DNA of 63,794 nt, the filler included, from Asterionella formosa (Eukaryota): NCBI GenBank assembly GCA_002256025.1. It is 8 parts of 8 records of this genome, joined end to end, with 100 filler letters (N's around TTAATTAATTAA, not from the genome) between each part and the next. Parts side by side here need not be neighbours in the genome. Positions count along the whole stretch, not along the records: positions 44,761 to 63,794 come from NKIB01003856.1; 7 more parts are not named here. The stretch is one strand, 5' to 3'. A program made the translations under genes and the position numbers. The notes below the pieces were generated by a model. That model was not told where the DNA came from, ran no database searches, and saw only the letters and a list, made by a program, of their open reading frames with translations. Shown piece by piece: positions 51,440 to 63,663 of the stretch; the first letter of the stretch is position 1; the number at the start of each line of letters is the position of its first letter.

Positions 51440-52680
51440 CATTGCATGTCTCCGTAGTGAATCGAAATTGAGATTTGCCACAATGGCCTTCTCCGTTTCG
51501 GAGCAGCTACCAATAGTCTACAGCGATAACTCTAGCAAGTAAAATATAGAAAAAGAACCAAAGGATGAGTAGCTGACAACAATTGAATTTGTAAATTCGT
51601 TAAGAAACAGCAGTTGCACATTTTTAATATTCAATGCATGTCGCCGTAGTGAGTCAAAATTGAGATTTGCCGCAATGGCCGTCTCCTTTTCGGAGAGGCT
51701 ACAAATAGTCTACAGCGACAACTCTAGCAAGCACAATATAGAAAAGAAGCAGAGGATGAGTAGCTGACAACAATTGAATTCGTAAATTCGTTAAGAAACA
51801 GCTGTTGCATATTTTAACATTCAATGTATGTCGCCGTAGTGAGTCAAAATTGAGATATGCCGCAATGGCCTTCTCCTTTTAGGAGCAGCTACAAATATTC
51901 TACAGCGATAACTTTAGAAAGTACAATATAGAAAAAGAAGGAAAGGATGAGTAGCTGACAACAATTGAATTCGTAAATTCGTTAAGAAACAGCTCTTGTA
52001 CTATATTTTAACATTCAATGCATATCGCTGTAGTGAGTCGAGATTGAGATGTGCCGCGATGGCTGTCTCCTTCTCAGAGCGGCTACAAATATTCTACAGC
52101 GATAACTCTAACAAGTAAAATATAAAAAAAGAATGAGAGGAGGAGCAACTGGCAATGAGCGAATGAATTCGTAAAATTGTTTAGAAACAGCTGTTGCATA
52201 TTTTAACATTCAATGCATATCGCCGTAGTGAGTCAAAATTGAGATGTGCCGCAATGGCCTTCTCCTTTTCGGAGCGGCTACCAATAGTCTACAGCGATAA
52301 CTCTAGCAAGTACAATATAGAGAAAAAAAACCAAAGGATGAGTAACTGACAACAATTGAATTTGTAAATTCGTTAAGAAACAGCTGTTGCATATTTTTAA
52401 TATTCAATGCATTTCGCCTTAGTGAGTCAAAATTGAGATTTGCCGCAATGGCCGTCTCCTTTTCGGAGCGGCTACAAATAATCTACAGCGACAACTCTAG
52501 CAAGCACAATATAGAAAAGAAGCAGAGGATGAGTAGCTGACAACAATTGAATTCGTAAATTCGTTAAGAAACAGCTGTTGCATATTTTAACATTCAATGT
52601 ATGTCGCCGTAGTGAGTCAAAATTGAGATGTGCCGTAATGACATTCTCCTTTTCCAATCGGCTAGATTACATCTATATTG
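51440..52680. repeat. Satellite array, ~190-194-bp unit, ~6.5 copies
   Basis: CGCCGTAGTGAGTCAAAATTGAGAT recurs at ~51452, 51642, 51832, 52026, 52221, 52415 and 52605. Confidence 0.95.
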
Positions 52681-53009
52681 ATAACTGTAGCAATAACAAA
52701 TTGGTTGTAAAGTCAAGGGCCAAGGAGATGAGGACTACTATCAACTTCATTGAATTCAACCACTCCATAGCTAACCTGTATTCTTCGCAATATTTCGTAC
52801 TTTTTCTGCACACCACCAGTCAATGCACTCCAAAAATATTTGATGTCTGATTCGACCAATAAAACTCATAGCAGTTTAGTAGATGGATGAAATTTGGTAG
52901 AGAATAATAGCTTTGAGTTTTGGTGCGCCCCTGCTGATGTACTCATCACGGCATACTAGCACATCCTATGGTAGTAAATCAAAAATGAGAAGTGCCACAA
53001 TCGCCATCT

Positions 53010-55010
53010 ACACATCCTGATGCATCCGGATGCCTCCTTTGATCAATTTATGTTCATTATGAGTATATCGACATTCGCCTTGACGGCATTGATCTTCTGT
53101 ACATCAAATACTATCCTGGATAGAAATCGGCCTTTAATTGGTGGAGAAAGATGGTTTTGAATTTTCGTTTTTACAGCATTGATCATATCAGTCCACCATC
53201 ACCGAAAAATTACAAAATTTACACATCCTGATACCTCCTTTTATGTTCGTTCTCAGAAAACCAACATTTGCCATGACGGCATTGATCTCGTGTACATCGA
53301 ATACTATGCTGGATAGAAATCGGCCTTAAATTGGTGGAGAAAGATGGTCTGGAAGTTTTGTTGCCACAGCACTGATGATCAGTCCACAAGCATCCGAAAA
53401 TTTACACATCCAGAGGCCTCCTTTGATCAATATATGTTCGTTCTCGGAATATCGATATTGGCCATGACGACATTGATCTCGTGGACATCGAATTCTATGC
53501 TGGATAGAAATCAGCCTTAAAATGGTGGAGCAAGATGGTTTGGAATTTTTGTTGCAACAGCACTGGTCATGCAGCAGTCCACAGCAAGCACCGAAATCTT
53601 ACACACAATCATGATGACCAATTTGATCAATATAGGTTTGTTTTGAGAATATCGATATTTGAAATGACGGAGGTGATCTTGTGTACATCGAATACTTTTC
53701 TAGATAGAAATCAGCCTTAAAGCACTGATGATCAGTCCACAAGCACAGCAAATTTACACATCCTGACGTCTCCTTTGATCAATATATGTTTGTTCTGAAA
53801 ATATCGACGTTCAAAATGACAGCATTGATCTCATGTACATCAAAAACTATGTTGGATAAAAGTCGACTTTAAATTGGTAGAGAAAGGAGGTATGGAAGTT
53901 TTGTTGCCACAGTACTTATGATCAGTCCACAAGCAACGAAAATTTATTTCACATCCTGATGACCAATTGAATCAATATACGTTCTTTCTTAGAATATCGA
54001 TATTCGAAATGCCGGCACTAATCTCGTGTACATCGAATACTGTGCTGCATATAAATCAGCCTTATATTGGTGGAGAAAGATGGTTTTGAATGTTTGTAAT
54101 GACAGCACTGATGTTCAGTACTACCCAGCAAGCACCAAGATTTTACAAACCTTCCCGATGACCAATTTGATCAATATATGGTCATTCTGAGAATATCGAC
54201 ATTCTCCATGACGGCATTGATCTCGTGTACATCAAATACTTTTCTAGATAGAAATCAGCCTTAAAATGGTGGAGCAAGATGGTTAGGAATTTTTGTCGCC
54301 ACAGCAATTACAATCAGTCCACAAGCACCGAAAATTTTATTTCACATCCTGATGAACAATTTGATCAAAATATGTTCGTTCTTAGTATATCGACATTCAT
54401 TATGACGCCATTGATGTCGTGCTCATCGAATACTATGATTGATAAAAATTAGAATTAAATTTGTGGAGAAATATGGTTTGGAATTTTTGTTGCCACAGCA
54501 CTGAAGTTGTGTACATCAAATACTATGCTAGATAGAAGTCTGCCTTAAATTGGTTGAGAAGGGTTGTTTGGAATTTTTGTTGCTTCTGCACTAATGATCA
54601 AGCCACAAGTACCGAAAGTTTACACACCATCCTGATGAGCAACTTGATCAATCCAGTTCGTTCTGAGCGAGCATATCGACATTCGAAATATCGGCATTGA
54701 TATCTCGTGTAAATTGAATACTATGCTGGATAGAAATTGACAATGAATTGGTAGAGAAAGATGAATTGGAAGTTTGGTTGTTAAAGCAGTGGTCATAAGT
54801 CCACAGCAGACACCTAGAATTTACACATCCTGATGCCTCCTTTGGAAAATATACGTTCGTTCTGAGCATATCGACATTCGACAAGAAGCCTTTGATTAAA
54901 TTGTTTATGAAAGAAATGAATTGGAATTTAGGTTTTGCTACAGCACTGGTCATCAGTCCACAGCAAGCACCGAAAATTTTACGCATCCTGATGACGAATT
55001 TGATCAATAC
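53010..55010. repeat. Second satellite array, ~180-200-bp unit, ~11 diverged copies
   Basis: Recurrent CACATCCTGAT...TTTGATCAATAT...GGCATTGATCTCGTGTACATCGAATACT...GATAGAAATC.GCCTTAAATTGGTGGAGAAAGATGG. Confidence 0.92.
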
Positions 55011-55769
55011 TGACTAAGCATAGACTGCGCCAGCTTTTTCTGAAGTACAATGTGCACAAATTTAGTACAAAATGAATGTTGGCGAGGAGGACTGTCCGCG
55101 CCAGTTTTCTTAACGAAAAGCAGCTGCTGGAATGAAAGGAACAAAATATCACATTCATGGTAAAATGAAATTATTTTTATTGTTATTGTTGTCGTTTTTG
55201 TCCTCTTTTCTGCTATCATGGTTGTGTTCTCGTTGTCGTTATCGCTGTCCCTGCTGTTTCTGCTGTCATTTTTCTTGTTTTTATTCTATTGTTCTTTCGT
55301 TGTGGTTACTGTGGCTGTACACCCTTCTCTTCCTTGGTGTTCCTCACCCTGCGTTTGAACTTGAACATGCATTGTTTGATATGGAATGTAAAAAGGTCTT
55401 GTTTGTTAAAAACCAGCCATCATATGACTCTGTGAATCTTGTTCTTCGCTTCCAGATAACAAGAAGGACTCTTGTTATGGGCCGGTTCCTCTGGAAGAAA
55501 CAGGCAGGCATTTTTGTTTCTCCTTGCTTGTCATCACAGAAAGGATGCATCTGAAAGTTCGAGAAATTATGGTAAGCAGTTAATATTTTGGGAAATAGAA
55601 ACAGGTCTTTTGTCACATTGCTGTTGTTCTTTTTGTTGTTGCTCTGCACCGTCGCTCGTTTTCTTCGTCTTGTGTTCGGAACTATGTTTGATTGCTGTTG
55701 TAGTTCCTTTACCTCCATTTCGTTCTTCCTCTTACTTGTGCCGTTTGGAATTGGAAAAGTGGTCAGTCA

Positions 55770-56470
55770 TGAACATACTCTGCAAACCTTGTTCTTTTTC
55801 TACAGACAATCAATCGGTTTTTGGCAGGGCAGGGTTGAACCTTGGGAATAATGAAATGCGTCGTGCTCTGCCTGTGTCAGGATGGCTATCCTGTGTCAGG
55901 CAGGCTATCAATCATTTGTTATTCGCATTGTTGAAAGGATTCCTCTGGTGCATAGGGGACAAATGTAAACATGGTAAGCAAGTGCAATGTTTTCTTGCCT
56001 TCTGCTGATATTGTTTGCTGTTGCTTGTTGTGGGCGGATCTCCTCTCCTATTCTCCTTCGTCTTTGTTCGGAATTGTTAGCGCAGGCATTGCCTATTTGT
56101 AATTAATTAGAAGAAGGGCTTGATTTTGTGCTTGTTAATTGTTGATCACGAACTTACTCTGCAAACGCTGTTCTTTGTCTACAGACAATCAATCTGTTGA
56201 GCAAGGGATTTGTTGGGAATCAGGCAGCATGGTAAGCACAACATGAACGATGTCTTTGTAACAATTGCTTGTCCATGAAGTCATTCTGCAATTGATGTTC
56301 ACTGATCGCAGACAATCAATTTGACGAGGGCTGGGTTGGACATTGGGGAACATGGAAAGGTACACACAGAACCGAAATCATGGCTTCGCAACTTTTGCTT
56401 TCTCATCAACTCACTTTGCAAATGCTGTTGCCCTCTTGTTTCTGTTTCTACAACAGACAATCAATCTGAG
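55770..56470. repeat. Degenerate dispersed repeats (CTCTGCAAAC...ACAGACAATCAAT)
   Basis: AGACAATCAAT at ~55804, 56183, 56310 and 56455. Confidence 0.6.
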
Positions 56471-57148
56471 CAATGAGAATGAGCAGCCGGCTCATTTGCT
56501 ATGAATTGATCTACCGATACTACTAGCAACAGGGACTCCTGCAAGTATGAGTAGCCAGGCAATCTTGTGAGTCGTTACAGCATCCAGCTGCAAGAATGAA
56601 CATCCATTGCTTATCGTATTGTTTTGAGAATCACGTTCTATAGAAAGTATCAATATAGACTATATAGCGAAGCGATTTTGCGATTGTAGCTAGAATTCAA
56701 TTTAAACGTTGATTGGTTACATATAATTATTTGTTTGACTAGCATTTATATTTGTTTAACCTTGAGGTATTAATGTGATCAAAGTAAAGATAAAATGGGA
56801 GCGAACAAACAGAATTAACTGTAGTCAGAGTGAAGAATATTTGTGAACGGAAATGTTGCGAATTGTAGAGAACAGTACCGTATTATAGAGATTATTACTG
56901 AACCAATTTTTCTTCGTGTTGCCAGAAAATATTGTCAGTTGGCCCCAAAAATTATGTGGGTTTTAAAATAATTATGGAAGTTGTCGAAACTATTTTAGTT
57001 CACTCCGTTCATATATATTGTATGATGCATCATTTTTTTATGTGATGTCATACCCTTAAATTATGTATGTAGCTAAATTCATCATATTGGGCCACCCAAA
57101 TAATTAATTTGGGTGATCGTATTTGACTAGCGTTTTTTTGGTGGCGGC

Positions 57149-57313
57149 TGTACCAGTAATCGGCGTTGTAGATGTTCCAAGAAATTTTCCACCAACTCTT
57201 CGACTTCATCCCATTGGCACTGACATTCAGGGCATCCAAAATCACAGCATTCGCAGAAGATGCGACTCTAACATCCCTCCACATCTGACTCTACAATCAA
57301 CTGGTCTTGACAT
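57149..57313 (-). pseudogene. KolX-like ORF, Cys-rich N-terminal part
   Basis: IFCECCDFGCPECQCQWDEVEELVENFLE; the alternative frame ...ADYWYS joins VLDEDDDIL of the 50679-50929 part once the insertion is removed. Confidence 0.5.
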
Positions 57314-58106
57314 GTTGGACAGGTATCATGACTGTAGTTGAATGGGTCATCACCCTAGTTGTCACAATGATGTGCAATTTCGCTCATAGTTGATTGTTGC
57401 GTTTTTTTGTTTCTTACCAGTATAGTCATCAACGATATTTGCCATGCTGTCAGCTTGATTCCCTGACACACATATGTTGATCTTATTATATGTATATATA
57501 CATTCAGTGATGGAGAATGTTCACATACATTTTTAGCGAATTCGAAAAGGAATCTATGTACGTACGCGCAAATTTCCCCTGATTTAATTATTTCAAATGG
57601 AATCACGTCATTCAAAAATAGCTGATAAAATTCATAATTCCAGGGAATTCTGGCAACCCTAAGCAATATTTTAAAATTTGCCTAGGGTTTCAAATGCAGC
57701 AACCTTAATCATCCTCAACTCAAAAACCGGTACCAGGTACCAGGTACCGCAGTACCAGTATGCCAATTTTATGATTTCGTCTTTAATTATGTATATATAA
57801 TATCACGGTATGATACAGATACACTTTGGATACCACTACACCGGTATACCGGTATGTTTTCTCATTTGAATGTAAAATTTATATCATTATGGTCAAATCC
57901 CCTCCCGCCAGTTTTTGTCATACCAGTACATATATTCTTCCCCCACATCGAAATGAAACGAAGAGCTTGGGTACTCTCCACATTTTCCACATTTCTTGTT
58001 GTGGCAATGCTACACTTTCTGACAACATCAAAGTGGCTGTTTATCGCGATGAATTCGATTGCCCAAGCATCGCCATCTGACAATGCCATTTATCCAATAC
58101 ATGTAG

Positions 58107-58373
58107 TGTTGGAGAAAATATTTTAGGAAAGAAAATCCCGGTATGAATTACCTACTACATATTGAATCGAATGAATCAAAAAAGAATACGGTACCAGAGA
58201 ATTCGAAAACAATCTACACCAACAGTGAAAACCCATAATTCTATTAAAACTCTTAGGAACGATTACAATCGATCACGGAGACATCGTTGTTCATATCTAC
58301 AGCCTATTTGGTCCCTGACGTGTCCTTACAGGATACAAGAAAGCAAAGAGTGCTTCGGGACGCAATTTCAACA
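58107..58373 (+). repeat. 5' LTR
   Basis: TGTTGG...TTCAACA; about 10 substitutions vs the 3' LTR by manual comparison (~96% identity). Confidence 0.97.
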
Positions 58374-58388
58374 GTTTTAATAGAATTA
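58374..58388 (+). promoter_or_regulatory. Non-canonical primer-binding site, complementary to the element's own LTR
   Basis: GTTTTAATAGAATTA is the exact reverse complement of TAATTCTATTAAAAC at 58236-58250. No TGG. Confidence 0.75.
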
Positions 58389-58506
58389 GCCGGCCAGGAA
58401 GAGCCGTGATACCACAATCAACAACAAGCGGACAATTGAGAGTCCGGAGACAAGATCTGAGGGTACCAAACCATCCAGAGTCTGAAGAAGTCGCACAGGG
58501 CGCATC

Positions 58507-61500
58507 ATGAGTGGCAAAGGAAAGTTTACCAAGAAGGCTCAAGCCAAGGGCAAGTTTCAAGCCAAGGGAGGGAGCAATATTGCTTCTCACTCAATCAAGA
58601 AGTCAGTCAATGACTATAACTACTACCTCGGATCATCGAAGCAGGCATCTGACTATGAGACTACTACTGAGTATCTCATCAACTGCATCAAGAAAGTGTT
58701 TGATTATGGCAGCGACATTGGAATCGCACTCAAGTCATTAGAACCAATCAACACATCGGTATGGAAGCCAAGAATGCAAGTGAGCATGGCAACAACAGAA
58801 GAAGATCGCGCTGCAGAGAATCGGCAATTTGAGATTGAGTTCAAGGCCGATTATGACACCTACAGTAAAAGGGTACAGGCCTACGAAAATAATAATACCA
58901 AGGCATATGCATTGCTCTGGGAAAGATGCAACAAAGCCATGAAGAACAAGATTGAAGCGAGATCCGATTACAATAGGATCGAAAATAACCCAATAACATT
59001 GCTTATGGCAATTAAAGAACACGCATTCAATTTTCAAGAGAATCGATATTCAATGTCGATCATTTTAGATGCGATGAGAACGCTTTTGTTCACAAAGCAA
59101 AAAGAAGGAGAAAGTCTACAAGACTACACCAAGAGATTTCGTGTGGCACGAGATGTGCTCAAGTCACACATGGGAGGACTCATTATCCTAACCAAGTTTG
59201 TTGAAGCCATGAAAGGATACAATGAGAACGACATCAATCAACGAGATAAATTTCGTGAACAAGCTTTCAGTCAATTTATGGCATATTTATACCTCAAGAA
59301 TGCCGATAAAGCCAAATACGGATCAATTATGACCAGGCTGAACACTCAACAATCACTCGGAAACAATCAATACCTGAAGACCATCACCGAATCAAATAAT
59401 GTTCAGCAACCATCGTTTTGATGTAACAAATAAGTCCAACTACAAGAAACCAGGAGATAATGATAAAGAGAGGAAACAAAAGGATGAAGGCAAGGAAGAC
59501 AAAGATGTGAACTTATTGTTTGCACAGTTAGAAGGAAAATGTTACTGCTGCGGAAAAGCAGGTCACAAATCTCCTTCTTGCCAAGACAAGAATAAACCCA
59601 AAAAGGAATGGGCTATCAACAGGGCCCAAAGCCATGCACAGGCACAGGCTAATACATCCAACACGAGTACAGTTACCTCTATTAATTCCAACAACCCGCC
59701 GTCATCACAAGCTTCACAACAAGCAAATGTCAATCAATTTGGATGGATGGGAGCTCATATGAAACTACAATTTTACCAAGCATCTGAGATGCGTGACTGG
59801 ATACTATTGGATAATCAATCAAGTGTCACAGTCTTTTGCAATCCAAAAATGGTTGATAACATTTGAATGTCAACCAATGGAAGCATGCACCTGGCCACAA
59901 ATGGTGGATCCATGGTAACTAATATGAAGGCGGATCTTCCAGAATGGGGAGAAGTATGGTTTAATGAAAAGGCAATCACAAACATCTTCAGTTATGCCGA
60001 AATGGCAGATAGGTACAGAATTACCTACGACTCCAAGAAAGAAGATGCATTCATTGTTCATTTGCCTGACAAAACAGTTCGATTTGAAAGAATTGAGATG
60101 AACTTATATGTTTTCAAGCCAACTACAAGAATTAAAGTGGAGAATGCTCAAATGTTAAATACACTTGAAGAAAACAAAACATTTTACACTGAACGTCAAT
60201 TTTAGAGAGCTAAGCGAGCTTGTGATCTATTTCATGCCTTGGGTTCACCATCAATTAACGATTTCAAGGCAATAATTCGTATGAATACAATCAACAATAA
60301 TCCAGTGACTACCGATGATATCAAAATTGCAGAGAAAATGTTTGGACCTGACATTGGAACACTAAAAGGCAACACAACTCGTTGCAAGCTGCTGCTGGTT
60401 GTGAACGACTATATCGAGATTCCGAAGGAGCTTATCCAAGCTCAACACAAAGTGATTCTTTGCATGGATGGAATGAAAGTGACTGGACAATCATTTCTCA
60501 CAACAATTTCTCGAAACATTATGTATAGGACAGCACAATGGGTTAAGAATCAGACAGCTGAAGTCTATTGAGATGCTTTGATTCAAGTATTCCGTGTTTA
60601 TAATACCGGAGTATTTAAAATTACAACAATGCACTGTGACAATGAGTTTCGACCTTTGATGGAACAAATTTCCAATGAATTTCAAGTCACTATGAACTAC
60701 GCAAACCCACAAGAACATGTTCCCGAAGCGGAACGAAATAATCGAGTGATTAAAGAATGCGTGCGCGCAGCTTATCATCGATTACCTTTCAAACATTTGC
60801 CATGACTGATGATTAAGATTCTAGTGACAGAATCTGCAAAGAAAATGAATTTCTTTCCAGCAAAGAATGGGATATCCCTGTATTACAGTCCTCATATGAT
60901 TTTACATCAACAAAACCTGGACTATACTTGACATTGCCAGTATACATTTGGCACTTATGTGCAAGCACATGAAAAACCTGTGTTTTCAAACACTAATGCA
61001 CCACGCAGCCTAGATTGCATTTATCTACGCTACAATGACAACATGCAAGGAGGTCATGAATTGTTACACCTACCTACAAATTCATTGATCACTAGACGAA
61101 CAATTACTCCTCTACCACTTACCCCAGCAATCATGAATCAAGTTCACGCCCTTGCTGTGCAGGAAAATATGCTAGATGGTCTCAAGATATCAAATCGAAC
61201 GGGACAACTATTTCATGATAGTGCTTGGATTGCAGGAGTGGATTATGATAATGAAGCATTTGAAGATGCACAAGATGAAGATTATGAAGATCAAGACACT
61301 AGTGATGACGAAAGCAAAGATGAAATTCTCGGAGAAGAAGACTATGATGAAATGACTCCGGATGAAATATATGAAGCAGAACAGCTTGAATTAAACAACA
61401 ATATCCAAGAGAATGACCCTTAAACAAAGCAACAACGAAAATAATGTTGAAATGAATGCAGATGAAATCCAAGCTGAGGATGAAGAACCAGTGAATGAAA

Positions 61501-63374
61501 CTGAAAAAAACCAGTGAATGAAACTGAAAATGAAGAGGCAATGTTAGAAGTCAATCCAAGCACTGAGGATGACACAGACCCAAATGTTAAAACTCCAAGG
61601 TCTGGAAGAGTCTCAAGACCACCATCAAAACTAACCATGGTCCAACATCATTTGCATACCCAAGCACACTGTCAAGAAGAATACACGACTGATAATGCGA
61701 AAGTGATCGCAATGACAAGCAATGTGTTATATGAATGAGATGTCTATCGATGAAGAAGCATTTCACTTTGTTCAGTCATACAGCTTAAGAAAAGGCCTCA
61801 AGAAATTTGGCCAGAAAGGAAGAGACGCTGCGTATAAAGAAATGAAACAACTACATGATAGAGTTGTATTTGAACCGATTAGGATTGAAGACCTAACCGA
61901 TAGCAATTTTTTTGGTTGAAAGAGAGACAAGAGCATTAAAGGCAGAGAATGTGCCAATGGCAGTTTGCAACGTGAATACATGGAAAGAGATGAAGCAGCT
62001 AGTCCAACTACCATGACTGAATCTCTTATGATAACAGCAACAATTGATGCAAAGCAAAATCGCGATGTTATGACTGCGGATATACCCAATGCATTCGTGC
62101 AAGTGGATATTGATGAGAAAGAAAAAGGGGAACAAATCATTATGAAGATTAGAGGTTTGCTTGTCAATATGTTGACAGAGCTCAGCCCCAAGACTTATGA
62201 AAAATATGTTGTTTATGAAGAGAACAACAAGGTCCTATATGTTAGGATGATCAAGGCATTATATGGCATGTTACAGTCATCATTATTATATTACAAGAAA
62301 TTTCGGAAGGATATTGAGTCAATTGGATTCAAGGTAAACCCATATGATCCATGTGTTGCAAATCGCATTGTTAATGGCAAACAGCACACAGTTACTTGGC
62401 ACATAGACGATTTGAAATCAAGTCATGTGGACAGCAAAGTGAATGATCAATTTTTGGAATGGCTCAAACAGAAATACGCTTCTGACGAAATTGGTGAAGT
62501 CAAGGTCATGCGTGGAAAGAAGCATGATTATTTGGCGATGACACTAGATTACTCTATTCCAGGAGTGTTGAGGGTGGACATGACCAAATATGTGAAATCA
62601 ATGATTGATGATTTTCCAGTGAAACTTGAAGGTGTCGGAAAATTCCCATGGACAGATAAATTGTTCACAGTTGATACAAAATCAAAGAAGCTTGAATATG
62701 AAAAAGCAAAAATATTTCATACTTTTGTTATGAAAGGAATGTTCCTATGTAAGCAAGGAAGACAGGACATTCAACCAGGAAATGCATTTCTGGCAACCCG
62801 AATAACCGAACCGAATGAAGGCGGTTGGGCAAAATTAGTCAAGATCATGAATTTCTTGAAAGCAACTCAGAATGAGGTTGCATCTATGAGTGCTGATGAC
62901 ACTCAGAGCATTAAATGGTACATTGATGCGGCGTTTGCAGTACACAAAGATTTTAAAAGTCACACTGGAGCTACATTGTCACTTGGAAACGGAATTATTT
63001 GTTCTATGTCTATGAAACAGAAAGTGAACACTAGAAGTTCGACTGAAGCAGAATTGGTTGGTGTCGATGACATCATATCAAAGGTGTTGTGGACGAAATT
63101 ATTTATTGAAGCACAAGGACACAAGATGACTACGAATGTCATTTACCGTGACAATACTAGCGCAATGAAGCTAGAAGCAAATGGAAAAGCAAGTTCAGGA
63201 AAACGCATGCAACATTTCAACATCAAATATTTTTATATTACTGATCTTATTGAAAGAAAGGAAGTACAAATCAAGTACTGTCCAACGGAGGCAATGTTAG
63301 CAGACTACATGACGAAACCACTGGTTGGAACGAAATTTATTCATCTTCGTGAACAAATTATGAATTCAAAGTGA
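58507..63374 (+). pseudogene. Copia gag-pol with premature stops and frameshifts
   Basis: Gag (KQKEGESLQDYTKRF), zinc knuckle CYCCGKAGHKSPSC, protease WILLDNQSS, integrase HCDNEF...EAERNNR, RT ADIPNAFVQ / WHIDD, RNase H SSTEAELVG. Confidence 0.95.
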
Positions 63375-63396
63375 GCATCCATGTCCAGCAGGAGTG

Positions 63397-63663
63397 TGTT
63401 GGAGAAATTATTTTAGGAAAGAAAATCCCGTTATGAATTACCTACTACATATTGAATCGAATGAATCAAGAAAGAATATGGTACCAGAGAATTCGAAAAC
63501 AATCTACGCCAACAGTAAAAACCTATAATTCTATTAAAACTCTTTGGAACGATTACAATCGATCACGGAGACATCGTTGTTCATATCTACAGCCTATTTG
63601 GTCCCTGACGTGTCCTTACAGGATACAAGAAAGCATAGAGTGCTTCGGGACGCAACTTCAACA
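63397..63663 (+). repeat. 3' LTR, preceded by a short PPT (AGCAGGAGTG)
   Basis: Matches the 5' LTR; followed by the TSD TGTAG. Confidence 0.97.

Larger units (their letters stand above)
50930..57146. mobile_element. 6.2-kb non-coding insertion (probable CMC-type non-autonomous element) carrying satellite arrays
   Basis: Flanked by GC (50928-50929 / 57147-57148). Termini CGTTTGC... and ...GGTGGCG. Clustered A/TATTATG subterminal motifs at both ends. Interrupts the KolX-like ORF. Confidence 0.6.
45548..57704 (-). mobile_element. Decayed Kolobok-like DNA transposon carrying two nested insertions
   Basis: Ends TGAA|GGTTGTT... and ...GCAGCAACC|TTAA (short TIR GGTTG, degenerate TTAA TSD). Contains a DDE transposase remnant and a KolX-like ORF. 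Confidence 0.6.
58107..63663 (+). mobile_element. Full-length Ty1/Copia (CoDi-like) LTR retrotransposon, inactivated
   Basis: Two 267-bp TG...CA LTRs, 5-bp TSD TGTAG (58102-58106 / 63664-63668), gag-PR-IN-RT-RH order. Confidence 0.97.

Noticed and set aside
51440..55010. Regularly spaced repeats resembling a CRISPR array or a protein-repeat gene
   Set aside because: Whole units are repeated with no unique spacers, there are no cas genes, the context is eukaryotic, and unit lengths are not consistent multiples of three.
57049..57060. TCATACCC-TTAA as the right end of the Kolobok-like element
   Set aside because: It lies inside the nested insertion. The GCAACC-TTAA end at 57704 matches the left GGTTG end and the 29708 remnant better.
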